64,000 bases of DNA, from contig CM052816.1 of assembly GCA_028534125.1 (NCBI GenBank), positions 94,428,001-94,492,000 of the forward strand, given 5' to 3'. This DNA is from Lama glama. Lineage: Eukaryota. Made by a program: the position numbers and the translations under genes. Below are positions 13,185 through 24,729 of the stretch, piece after piece. Within the stretch, counting starts at the first letter, position 1. Each line of letters opens with the position of its first letter. A model generated the notes under the pieces. That model saw only the letters and a program-made list of their open reading frames with translations. It was not told the origin of the DNA and searched no databases.

Positions 13185-13845
13185 GGTCAAAACCCACAGC
13201 CTTAAAATGGCCCCCAAACCACAGCGCAGTCGGCCTCACCGGGACGTTTCTGATTTTCCTCTTCGTCAGCCAGCCCACTTGGCTTCAGCCTTACTGGTCT
13301 TCAGCCGTCCCCAGACTCGCCGGCACATTCCCGCCGCAGGGTCTTTGCCCTGCTCTTTCCTCTGCCTGAGTGTTCTTCCCCAGATGTCCAGTGGCCCACC
13401 TCCTCACCCCCTTCACAACTGTGATCAGATGCCACTTTCTGGATAAGGTCGCCCCTTGCCTGCCCTGCTTAAAATGACACTTGTGGGGGAGGGTGTAGCT
13501 CAAATGGTAGAGCACGTGCTTAGCATGCAAGAGGTCCTGGGTTCAGTCCTCAGTACCTCCTTTAAAAATAAATAAACCTTAACCCCCCCAATAAAATAAT
13601 TAAATAATACAATAATAAATAAACAGAATATTAAAAAGTTTAAAAAAATAAAATGACACTTCTCATCTGCTTTAGTTTTCTTCATAAGAGGTCTTACTTC
13701 CAGCATGGTGCAGAAAATATTCATCAGTTTTTTAAATTGTCTGTCTCCACTGGAATACGTGTTCTGTGAGGCCAGGGTCTCCCCTGCCTCGTTCTGTGAA
13801 GTTAATGCGTTCTCAGCTCTCAGAATCGGGCCCTGTAAGTATTAA
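13185..13845 (+). mobile_element. L2 fragment split by a Vic-1 SINE
   Basis: cagggtctttgccctgctctttcctctgcctgagtgttcttccccagat lies before the SINE. tgtctgtctccactggaatacgtgttctgtgaggccaggg follows it. Confidence 0.75.
13483..13649 (+). mobile_element. Camelid tRNA-Ala-derived SINE (Vic-1 type) with TSD
   Basis: ggggagggtgtagctcaaatggtagagcacgtgcttagcatgcaagaggtcctgggttcagtcctcagtacctcc plus A-rich tail. Perfect TSD aaaatgacactt (13471-13482 and 13650-13661) at a TT|AAAA L1-endonuclease site. Confidence 0.95.
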
Positions 13846-13849
13846 AAGT

Positions 13850-14050
13850 GCTTGAGCCAAGCACTGCATGGAAAGCTTTACATGCATTGTCTCCTTTGAT
13901 CCTTAAAGCTAAGCTCAGAGTTAGGTCCGGTTAGCTCCTCGGTGTTACAGCAGAAACCACAGCTTCGAGAGGAGGGCAGCTGCCCCAGGCCTCACCAGCG
14001 AGCAGCAGAAGTAGGTTTTGAATGTTGGTGGAGCCCACATGCTGAATCTG
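13850..14050 (-). mobile_element. MIR SINE
   Basis: gagccaagcactgcatggaaagctttacatgcattgtctcctttgatcctta..gctgccccaggcctcac. Confidence 0.65.
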
Positions 14051-14099
14051 GACCCCAGGATCTAGACAGGAAAGAGAGCCCTGTGTACTGGGGGCACTG

Positions 14100-14530
14100 G
14101 TGGGATGGCTGTGGGTGGGGAGCTCCAGGAATTGAGATGGTGAAGCCGGCAGGAGGCCATGGTAAAGGCCCTGTGTTGGCTCCATGATGCAGTTCGTTTT
14201 TCATAGGTGACCATTACTGAAGGAGGCTCAGTGGGGGATGATGTGATCGACTTGTGTTTCAGGACGATCACTCCAGCTAAGCTAGGAATAAATTGGAAGC
14301 AATCAGTGTTTGGGAAGCTAGGTAGAGGTTATCAGAGTAGCCCAGACAGAAAATGGACGAAGACCGTAAGCAGGTGAATGGCAGTGGACATGGAGACAGA
14401 GGGTGAATTCAAAAGATGTTTTGAGGGCAAAATAGACTGAATTGTAGTGAAAGTAGATACAGAGAGCCTATGAGAGAGAGTCTTGGGTGACATATTCCTG
14501 GAAGGGATGGAAGATGAAGGTTCCATTTTC
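14100..14530 (-). mobile_element. L2 fragment
   Basis: atgtgatcgacttgtgtttcaggacgatcactccagct and gatggaagatgaaggttccatt resemble reversed L2. Confidence 0.65.
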
Positions 14531-14559
14531 TTACCTTCTTGACCAAATTTTCTACTTTT

Positions 14560-14780
14560 CTTTATATTAAAAAGTATATTACTATAGTTTATATAATGAT
14601 TATAGGTAATACATTATTATACAACATTGAATATTATATCTATTACTTCCTATATAACTGTATATAATTTATATAGTTTATAACTTATAGTTTACATAGT
14701 TTATGAAATATAAATAAATACATATACTTTATTCATTAGTAGTAGTGTTATCATCATCATTATTATTATGTAATTTAATA
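14560..14780. repeat. AT-rich low-complexity tract
   Basis: Degenerate tatagtttatata repeats followed by (tag)(tca)(tta) runs. Confidence 0.8.
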
Positions 14781-15030
14781 ACACATCCATCCCCTCCACC
14801 CCCCCCCTCAACTAAGCTTACTCCAGTGGGTGCTTCCCTACCTCTGCCTGGAAAAGAAAGATGACAGGCTATGGATGGAGGCTGTTGGTGATACCCAGTG
14901 TGGTGGCTTCTGTTGGTGGGTTCTTCCTCTGTACCTGGCAAAGTTATCCACAGTCTCTTTATTACTATATCTTTTGTACTGCAAAAGAATTTTCCAAAGT
15001 GCAATGCTTCATACGATGTTTTTAAATTTT

Positions 15031-15182
15031 ACTTTAATGGAAAAGAGTATGAAAACGAATATGTGTGTGTGTGTGTGTGTGTGTACATATATATATATGA
15101 CTAGGACATTTGCTGTGCACCAGAAATTGACACATTGTAACTGACTGTACTTCAGTAAAAATAAATAAATAAATAAATAAGT
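15031..15182 (+). mobile_element. Very short 5'-truncated L1 3' tail with internal (TG)n(TA)n and a (TAAA)n tail
   Basis: gctgtgcaccagaaattgacacattgtaactgactgtacttcagtaaaa(taaa)n matches the same L1 terminus as 54340-54400. Confidence 0.85.
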
Positions 15183-15214
15183 AAAATTTATTAAGCTTGT
15201 TTACATAACAGACG

Positions 15215-15420
15215 TGAATCTTAAGGGAACTTCTTTTAAGAAACTGTGAGGATTGAAGGATAAATGCCTCTAATCTTCATTGTCTCATCTCTAAAACTTA
15301 GGAAGAATAACTCCCATGTAGGTCTGATGTGTGGAAATTACCTGAGATAATGTTTGTAGAGTTTCTCAGAACAGAGATCAATAATATTGCAAGTGTTCAT
15401 TAAATGGCCATGAGTAGCAG
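15215..15420 (+). mobile_element. MIR SINE
   Basis: tctcatctctaaaac..gagataatgtttgtagagtttctcagaacag..aagtgttcattaaatg. Confidence 0.6.
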
Positions 15421-16431
15421 TAGGATTGGTTTTATCATTAAAATGATTATTGTATTGTTTATTGATGTAATTTAACCTAGAAAAACCTTTCTGTATCTAC
15501 ATGCAAAGACTTGCTGTCTTGAGTGTTTCTGTATTACGAAGTAAAAGGTTGGGTTTAAGAAAATAATTTTGTTTCATAAAGTAAGTCATGGTTCAAAGAA
15601 ATTGCTTTATGTAGATTCTGACATCTAACACCGAGAAACTATCTTGCAGTAACCATATGATCCTAGTCTGATTGTTCACCTACAATTGAATATTATCTTG
15701 CACTCAAATAACCAGAAAACTCAGATTTGTTGGGAGAAAGTCATGAAAGGTGAGATTGTGAATTGTCCATGTGTTTATTACGATGGCTGCCATTTTCGTT
15801 TCATTTTTTAAAAATTTGAACTCATTTTCCAGAACATAGTTTCCTCAGTCACTTTGGTCCTTATGCCTCCCTTAGTTCTCATTCTCGTCAGCTTCACACA
15901 AACACTTCACCTGCTGCCCTCGTTTGAGTGTGCGGCCCCAGGTCTAGTGAAGAAGAGCGTCCCGGGGGTCAGCATGGCACAGATACTCCTGTATGCTGTC
16001 AGCTGGTTTGTGTAATCTTCTACTTTTCTAAAATTTAGTAACAATCTACTTATGCTGAACCATATGGGATTGCTGATCCTAGACTGTTTTAGACCCACAA
16101 AATGGCACTTTTATCAGGTTTTATCACTGAGGAGATGAAGTTATTAAGCTGCAAACATCAGTCTAATGATAGTTTCAGAGGGTGATCAGTAGGTTGACAT
16201 TTAACAGGGAAGAGGAAGGATGGAGTGGATCGCGCCTTGTTCCTGCTTGTCTGACTACAGGTGATAGAAAATGTTCCAAGGAGTTTCAGAAATGGGGAAA
16301 ATCTTGTCTTTAAAACAGTTAAAGAAGGAGATGATTCACATACAGATCTTGAGAAAGATGAGTGAGATGCCTTACCAGCGTGTTTGTCCAAGCACACAGT
16401 CATTAAAGGAGCACCCAGGGGATCACCTAAG

Positions 16432-16954
16432 AGCACTACAGTAACAAAGTACCGCAGTAACAAAGCACCACAGTAACAAAGCACCACAGCAACAAAGCAC
16501 CGCAGTAACAAAGGACCGCAGTAACAAAGCACCACAGTAACAAAGCACCACACCAACAAAGCACCACAATAACAAAGTACCACATCAACAAAGCACCAGA
16601 GTAACAGAGTACTACGGTAACAAAGCACCACAGTATCAAAGTACCACTGTAACAAAGCATCACACCAACAAAGCACTGCAGTAACAAAAGTACAACAGTA
16701 ACAAAGTGCCGCAGTAACAAAGCACCACTCTAACAAAGCACCACAGTAACAAAGTACCGCAGTAACAAAGCACCACACCAACAAAGCACCACAGTAACAA
16801 AGCACCACAGTAACAAAATACCACTGTAACAAAGCACCACACCAATAAAGCACCACAGTACAAAGCACCGCAGTAACAAAAGTACTGCAGTAACAAAGCA
16901 CCACAGTAACAAAGCACCACAGTAACAAAGCACCGCAGTAACAAAACACCACAG
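16432..16954. repeat. 16-bp minisatellite, ~33 units, consensus AGCACCACAGTAACAA
   Basis: Parsed by hand into 32 full units plus one partial. Two units are 17 bp and one is 15 bp. Confidence 0.97.
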
Positions 16955-19900
16955 CGCTGTTATACTCCATCCGCAACCTCAGGCCTTTTTACAGTCCACT
17001 TTATTGTGCTTTTACTGGATATTTATAATCAGCCTGATGCGTCCTTCCTTCCTTTTAGTCTTTAAGAAGTTTTTGGTTCTTTCCTGGGGGTTCTCTTCCA
17101 ATCTTCATTCCATCCTCCTGCAGCAACATCAAAACTGGCAACCTATAAAAAAGTTGTCAGTGTAGCAGCCGTAACTGTGGTCTGGAAAGCCATCTCGATG
17201 TTTCTAATTAGAAAAGACCTTTCTTGGGGGGAACATACTCCTAAGAATTAAAGTTCTGTTGGCATCAGGCACAGACTCTGAGATCACAACTTCTCTGTGG
17301 AAAAAAAACCCAAAAAACTGCCACGAAAAGCCTGTCATCCCTGGGGACACACTTGTGACCCTGTTGAATGCAGGTCGATGTGAAACCATCAAACACACAC
17401 AGGCAGTCTTTTTCCAGATGTGGCACAGCTGCAGAAATCTTTCAAAAATGTATCACTCTCTTCCCCGAAATCGTGCAGTCCTGGCGATCTTACTGTCGAA
17501 ACGCTTTAGAACTGCTGAGAGCTCAGGGTTTACTTCCCCCAAGCCCTTTGTGTTGCACACGAGGAAGTGGAGACGCAGGCCGGATACAGCGACTTGGAGC
17601 TTTTGAACTAGAGTCTGTCGCTCAGTCATCATGATGGAAATACGCCATCATCTTGCCTGGAGCTCTGTATGTTGTTTCTCTGTGGGGTTTCAACAGAGAT
17701 TTCTAGTTTTCTTTATGTGATTTCAAGGGGTGTTTTAAAGGAGCAAGATTGGAAACTCATTGCAGCTGATTGGGGTGATCTGTCCCCTTGGACCATTTTA
17801 GCCACGATAATTCTATGTCCCAGAATAGATTCACCTTCACTTAGAAGTTTAAGAAGATATGCATTCCTTTTCTCTTTGAGCACTTTATAAAGAGCAGTCC
17901 TGTAGAAAAGAAATGAAGAATACTAATTATTGGCAAAGTACCATTTAAATGGAAAGGCAGTCTTCCATAATTACAGGCTCATAAAGTTAGGTCATCTATG
18001 AACCATTGAGAAAAGCTAAATACAGGTTTTGGAAAAAAAATCACTGTCTTTATACTGGGTTATGAGTATTCTGCTGATGAGTTTATCATCGATTAGAAGT
18101 CAAAGTTTAAATATGTGACTTAGGAGAAAGGAAGTGTCAGCAAATGAAGCACACTCATTTTCTGCTGCTGTTTGACACACCGCTTGTGCAGTGCTGCAAA
18201 TGCTTAAAGTTGTTTTGCTGAAATTTTTACCACCTCATTGGAGTTTACATTCAGACATGGAAGCTTAATATTCTGGTTAATGCACTGCATTTAAAAGAAT
18301 AATTAAATGTCTGGAGTCTCCACTGTGTGTCTGTGGATTTCCAAGTGAGATACGCAGAAGGGTGAGTGAGACATGTTAGAAACCAGTTAGAGAGCGAGCC
18401 GTAAGCACGTGGTGAGTTAGCAGTGCAAACTGAAACTTAAGACAATACAGGTGATATTATAAATTGATGCATGATTGATGGGCAAAAAATGATGTGGAAA
18501 ATGGGATTTAAATTGCATTGTGGGGCCACATATTCTATTCTAAGAAAGTGAATAATTATCTTTATTTAATTATTATGTTTTCCACATGTTTAGTTTGTAA
18601 ATTCTAATTCCCACTCCCTTTCTTTTCTTCCTCATTCATAGGCGTTTATGTTGTGATATTTCAAGTGGCAGAGTTGTTTTTGTTACTGTGATTTTTTAAT
18701 CCCATTCCGAACAGCAGAATACGTGCCTTCGTATTTAGCTTTTTGGTCTGATTATTTGCTGCATTTCCATCTAAGACTAAGGACCCTTAGTATTACCTGC
18801 ACTTAATCACGGAACATGCACAGTGCACTGGGAGCTGGGGCTGGGGCCGTAAGGGTCTCCACCTACTGTTCACCTTCTGTTTGTCGTGCAGTGTGTTTGG
18901 GTTTACGTAGGGCTGTTTGTTGACCATTATAAATATAGCAAGAGAATTGTTAAGAAAGACATGAAAGGAGGATCCTTATTCTTTTCCTCCAGATTTCCTC
19001 AAAGAAATGTCCTTCTGGTATACATGCAATGGAATCCTTTGGTGTTGAACACCTTGACCTTCTAGACATGCTCACATTTTATAAGTGTGTCCAGATGTCA
19101 CCGGTATAATGTGCCAGTGGTGCTGAGTAAATTGTGTTTGGATCATCGATGGAATATTGTGTGTCAGGGCTCAAGAGCAGTCCTCAGCACCTGGGCCCAT
19201 CTCTGTCATCCTGTTTCCATCTGTTGGTTTCTAATACATATCGTCACCAGCCCAGTCGAAGTGCTGTGGGCTTCAGGCACAGAGAGTAACTTTAGTATAA
19301 AGATCTTCTTGTCTAATAAGAGGCCGTGAGACTGCTGTGCGTGAAAGCAGAGTGCCACCTCTGTGTGTCTGCACCCTCGAGACGGGAGAGAAGTCTGATG
19401 CTACATGACTGTGTGCTGTGACTCAGTGGCAGGAAGGTACAGACAGGCCAGCGTGCTGCTCCCAGGTGCCTGGGGAGGAACGAGTGGCGTATTTACCTGC
19501 ACAGAAGGACAGCAAGCTGTTCCAGTCAGTTCACCTGCAGACGGCTTGTCTGTTTCCTGCTACCTTGTGATAATTACTCCGAGAGCTGGCCAGGGAGCGC
19601 TGCTGAGAAAAATTAACCCCTTCCTGACAGGTCAGGAGGTTTTCCTAACAGGTAATTAGTCCACTCGCAGGTAGCTGGCAAGATCTGCCTTTCTGATGGG
19701 TGTAAGCCGACTTTTTTTTTTTTTTGAAGAATTATGCATAAAATTGTAATGTGTCTCATGGAATAGTCAGCGATAATTACCTTGTGATAAATGACTCTGT
19801 AATTAAGATTACTGTGTAGTAATGAAAAGTGTTGGCTTATAAATTAGCCTTTATACTTTCTGTTGTATGTATTCTCCCTTCGTTAACTTGTCCTGTTGGA

Positions 19901-20016
19901 AATGGAAAAAGAATGCTTTGTTTACTCAAGACCCAGGATTGCTTAGAGAACCCTTTAGCAGGTGCCCAGTAGAGGCCCCGTGGAACAGGTAGCGTGGTCA
20001 GGTTTGCTAGTGAAAC

Positions 20017-20897
20017 CAAACTGATGATATCACTTGTATGAAGAATCTAAAGAAAGACCCATACGTAGAAACAGAGATTAGAATGGCGGTCACCGGAGTC
20101 TGGGGGAGGGGCCAAGGAATAATGGGAGATGTCAATCAAAGAGTCCAAACTTCCAACTAGAAGATGAGTAAATCCTGGGGATCTCATGGAGAAGCATAAT
20201 GATTACAGTTAATAATGCTGTACTAGAAAGACGTTAAGAGAGTAGACCTTAAATGTTCTCACCACAAAAAATAAATGTTATTGATCTTCCTAGATGTATG
20301 GTGGGGTTACACTCCAATAAACCCATCGTAAGTTGAAAATACCTTCAATTGAAAATGCATTTAATACACATAACTCACTGAACACCATAGCTCAGCCCAG
20401 CCCACCATAAACGTGCTCTGAACACTTACACTCGCCTACAGTGGGGCAAAAATTATCCAACACAAAGCCCATTTTGTAATAAAGAATTGGATAGTCCATG
20501 TAATGTATTGAATACTGTACTGAAAGTGAAAAACAGAGTGGCTGTCTGGGTACAGAGTGGCTGTAAGTGTGTTGGGTTTTGACCCTGGTGATCATGTGGC
20601 TGAATAGGAGCTGAGACTCACTGCCACTGCCCTAACCTGGGAAAAATGGAAATTAAAAATCTGAAGTATTCTTTTTACTGTCGCACCATCGTAAGGTCAA
20701 AAAATCATTAAGTTAGACCATCATAAGTCAGGTACCGTCTGTAATTATGTGACGATGTAGACAGCTAACACTAGGGCGGTGGTCATTTTGCAGGACATAA
20801 GTGTATCAAATAAACACATTATACACCTTAAACTTACACATTGTTGACACTCAGTTATATCTCAGTAAAGCTGGAAGAGGGGAAAAGAAAAAAAAAG
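20017..20897 (+). mobile_element. L1MA9-like 3' end, interrupted by a Tigger element
   Basis: gtagaaacagagattagaatggcggtcacc..gagagtagaccttaaatgttctcaccac, resuming after 20743 with tacaccttaaacttacaca..ttatatctcagtaaagctgg and an A-rich tail. Confidence 0.85.
20281..20741 (+). mobile_element. MER47/Tigger5-family non-autonomous DNA transposon
   Basis: ggggttacactccaataaacccatcgtaagttgaaaata..aaaatgcatttaatacac..gcaccatcgtaa..ccatcataagtcaggtaccgtctg. TA on both sides (20279-80, 20742-43). Confidence 0.9.
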
Positions 20898-21134
20898 ATA
20901 ATCTCAAAAGGCGAGACTATGTTGGCACGGCCGCAAGCTTTTGCTTTTACAAAAAGTAAAGTTTTTATTAAGTTCCAAGATCCTGAATTTGCAGCCAGAT
21001 TCATTAATTTGAATATTTCTTGAGTGTCAGCTGTAGACATGGTCTGTTCTTGTCGTACGTACTTCATCTCCAGGTTGTGCTGTCCTGTTGAACACTTCAT
21101 TGTTCTTTAAATGCTGTTTTTGTTGTTGTTGAGT

Positions 21135-21790
21135 ACAAAATATTCTCTGGGTTTCCTCTTTACCGTCTGGTTACTCCTTCCATTTCTTTTGCCAACTTAT
21201 CCTTCCCCCAACCTTTGAAATGTGGACCACAAGGCTCAGCGGGAGCTTTTCTGTGCATCTCCTCCTCGTCTTCCTAGACGATCTCATTCGTGTCCGTCAC
21301 TGACGTCTGTGATTAACAACAGCCCAGCCTTCCCTGCTTCCTCTCAATGTCCACTTGAAGGCTTCAGAGGCACCTCAAACATCCAAACTGAGTGTGTTTT
21401 TCTTTTTTCTGCAACCCCTCTCCCCCTTGTTGATGAACAGATTCTATATCTGCCCAGTTGCAAAGCTAAAACCATGGGAATCATTCTTGGAACCTTCTCT
21501 TTCCGTGTTCCCCATGGCTGATTAGGAACAAGCCCGCTGGGTTTGCTCCATGACATTTCTTGAATTCGCTCACGCTGTTCACCTCCACAGATATGTGTCA
21601 TCCTTTCTGTCCTGCCCTCCTGAGTGGTTTCCCCGTTTTTCCTCCCTACGTCTACTCTTGCTTTCCTATTTATTTTCCTAGTAGAAGTTTCATTGTTTCT
21701 TTTCTTTTTTTTTTAAGTACGTATCGTGCATATTTTAACATGACGCTTCTCTGCCTAAAGCCTTTCTAGGTCTTCTCATTGTTTTAAGGA
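21135..21790 (+). mobile_element. L2 fragment
   Basis: tgtccacttgaaggcttcagaggcacctcaaacatccaaactga and cccagttgcaaagctaaaaccatgggaatcattcttg. Confidence 0.75.
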
Positions 21791-21792
21791 AG

Positions 21793-21925
21793 GCAGGGTT
21801 TCTCAACCTCAGCAGTACTGACATTCACGCCAGACAGCTGTTTGCTGTGGGGCCGTCCTGTGCACTGTAGGACGTTTAGCATCATCCCTGGTCTCTACCT
21901 ATGAGATGTCAGTAGCACCCCTACC
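21793..21925 (+). mobile_element. MER20 (hAT-Charlie), 5' part
   Basis: cagggtttctcaacctcagcagtactgacatt..gtcctgtgcactgtaggacgtttagcatcatccctggtctctacc. Confidence 0.9.
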
Positions 21926-21935
21926 CTTACACAGC

Positions 21936-22308
21936 CATGAGTATTACCTTATATGGCAAAAAAGACTTTACAGACGCGATTCAATTAAGGATCTTGAGAG
22001 ATTGTCCTGGATTATCTGCATTATCACCAAGTGTCCTTAAAGAAGGAGGCAGAGGGAGACCTGACTGCAGGAGAAGGCAGTAGGATAATGGAAGAAAGAG
22101 CTTAGACTGCTGTCTGTGAAGACGGAGGAAGGGGCCACGAGCCAAGGAGTGCAGGCAGCCTTTAGAAACAAGAAAAAGCGGTGAAATAAAGTCTTCCCTG
22201 ACATTAGCTGATTGAAGCTGATTTTGGAATTAAGATCTCCAGAGCTGGTAGTACATTAAGCCCCTGAGTCGCTGCTGATTTATTAGAGCAGCAGTAACAA
22301 CTAGCACA
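21936..22308 (+). mobile_element. MLT1D-like MaLR LTR
   Basis: ttaccttatatggcaaaaaagacttt..ttaaggatcttgag..gaagacggaggaaggggccacgagccaagga..gcagcagtaacaactagcaca. Confidence 0.85.
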
Positions 22309-22349
22309 TCAAGGCCAAGTTCTAGTGGTGACAGAATCTTACAGAGAGA

Positions 22350-24430
22350 AGATAGTTTTTGGCATCAAATACTTTATCATCTAAGTTTAAAAATACACAT
22401 AATTATAGGACAAGATAAATGGACATAATTGAGCTACAAAGAGTATGCTGTTCTGGGGCAAAGGAAGGATTGGCAGCATTCTGCTAGAAAGATCGAGAAA
22501 GGCTTATTAGAGCGTTTGCAGTTTCAGAGGGTTCAAAGGCCACATGGTGTTCGGATGAACAGGGACAATGTGAGGAAAGTTCAGGCAACAGAAACAGCTT
22601 GCAGGAGGGAAGGATGGAACGTATGATGTGCATTTGGGAAAAGGTCAATTCACCTGGAGTGTTGAAAGCATTGAAATTAACTGAAATTCACTCAGTGACG
22701 TGCATTTGGTAAGGTGGGCTGGGACAGATGACAAAGGATCTTGACTGAAGCTGTCCCGTTAGTCTCATTGCTCAGTAGCCCCTGAGAAGTGACTGAAGTT
22801 TTTGACCAGGGCATGAGATGGTAGAGTTCTGCTTTAGAAAGGAAGCTTTGGTGCACGGTGTAACATGTGCTTGGTTAGAAAGAGGCTAAGGGCAGAAAAA
22901 CAAAGTAGGTGTCTTACCAGCTAGGTTAGAGATAACTAGGCCACGCCTAAGGGTGGCAGCAGAGGGAATAAAAACCAAAGGAACATCTTGAGAGACATTC
23001 TGGAAGCGGGAACCACAACAATGCAATGGAAGGTCAGGAGAACAACAACTACAAAAATGGGGATTTCCATATGAGAACTGAGGGTGTCCGAGAAAGGAGC
23101 TCGTTTGGGGTTACCCTGGTGAGTGCTGAATGAATTTGGGGCTTATGGTGGGACGTGTGGGTGCAGAGGTCCACGTGTAAGTATGAAAGGGCAACTCCTG
23201 TTCAGAGAGCCACAGCCCGGAGACCTGCATCCATTTAATAGGTGAAACCCTGGAGCCAGGGTGACATTGCCAAGAGGGCGGGGCTGTGAAAAGGAGCAAA
23301 AATAGCAGCCCTGTGGGTTTAGGGCAAGTTATAGGATGCGTTAGGCTCCAAGAAACAGAAGAATCTCACCTCAAACTGGCTTAAACCCCACGATAACGTG
23401 TTATTTCCCAAGCACGACAGGTGAGGCAGGTTGGATCCTACGTCTCACCTGTCTGCCGTTCCTATAGCCCTGCTCTCCTCTGCTCGTGCACTCAGAATTC
23501 GAGAAGGTGGGAAGCAGGCTGCTGGGGCATCTCAGAAATGATAATTTCCAGACAGAGAAGAGGCTAGCTCTTCAAAAGTCTCTTCCTTAGCAACAAGACA
23601 TCGTATCACAGAAGCATCACCCACCCCTCACGTTGTCTGCTCTCTGGTTTCAAACTGGTGCACCCCTGCACCAGGCACTGTCAAGAGTAACCAGAAAGGC
23701 CATGATTTGCTTGGTAGACCCTTTGTGATCTCCCTCCTTCGCCTTTCTGACTGCTCCCTTCAATGCACACGGACCACGTGGATGAAAAGTAGACTCCTGA
23801 CCAAATCCTGGTCCTGGGAAGGAAGGGGCGTCTGGAAGGTATACCAGTATTGTCTGCTCAGGGCGTGGTGAGATTTAGGAAGGGCGTGGAGGAAGAGCAA
23901 CAAATCAGGCAAGTATGGAAAGAAAAATCAATTCAGAATAACACACAGACACCGCTTCATCCAATAAGACGGGAAAGGAGAGTTTCAAAAAGCTGTTCAG
24001 CAATACCAGATGCCACGGGAATGGTGCAAGGTAAAGCGCTAAGAAGGTTACTGGTTCCAGTAGCGGGGAGATTTCAGTGAATAGGTAGGGACAATGCATC
24101 AGGTTAAAGAGGCAAGATCTTGAGAACAGTGAAGATTCACTCTTGGTTCAAAATGTTTGACAGTGAAGGCAAGATTGAAAGACATACGACAATAGCTTAG
24201 AAAGGTATATTTCATGGCGTTGGTTTGCCTGTTTGTTGACCAGTTTAAGGAGGTGGTATGTAAGAGTCTTGAGCATATCTAGGTCCAGAAAATAAGGAAG
24301 CTGATGAGAGTGGTGGAAAAAAGGGACCACTGAATGAGCCCACTGGATCGCAGCCAGTGAAGCAATTGTTTCAAAGTCTAGCCCTGAAGCTCTGGGCTGT
24401 GGTTAAAGTAACTGGCATCTGAGAAAATGA
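22350..24430 (-). mobile_element. Long diverged L2 remnant, interrupted by an MLT LTR
   Basis: Reversed L2 motifs: ctgctttagaaaggaagctttgg, ggaaaggagagtttcaaaaag..cagcaataccagatgccac, cagtgaaggcaagattgaaagaca..aatagctt. Confidence 0.6.
23322..23850 (-). mobile_element. Old MaLR LTR (MLT1J/K/L-type)
   Basis: agttataggatgcgttaggctccaagaaacagaa..ctcaaactggcttaaac is the reversed 3' end of old MLT1 LTRs. Confidence 0.6.
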
Positions 24431-24729
24431 GACCCAGCCTGGATGAAAGTTCCCTGACTTTATTGCAGACTGTGTTTTGGACTTCGTTTGTAGAGATACC
24501 TGCTAAGAATATGATCCAGCCTAATGGATGTAAAGATGGTATAAAAATGAGACTTCAATTTATGACAGTGTTTTATGATAGAAATGGAAGGCAGCGTCGG
24601 CTTTAATCCCCATGTTTCTGGCTTTATAGAGCTTACGTAGCACAAGGCTTGGTCCATACTAGATACTCAATAAATAGTATCCATATGGACTGAAAAAAAA
24701 AAAAGAAAACCTCTGTACTAGACTCATTC

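Noticed and set aside
13486..13560. tRNA-Ala(AGC) gene (also 7350-7424 on the - strand)
   Set aside because: The tRNA-like head is followed by an A-rich tail. The 13.5 kb copy has a TSD and an altered B box, and the 7.4 kb copy has an altered anticodon arm. These are SINEs.
16432..16954. CRISPR-like array
   Set aside because: Units are contiguous with no unique spacers, there are no cas genes, and the context is mammalian.
16158..16976. 272-aa Cys/Val/Leu-rich ORF on the - strand and overlapping ORFs
   Set aside because: It is a translation of the 16-bp repeat, whose - strand lacks stops. The same peptides cycle through all three frames.
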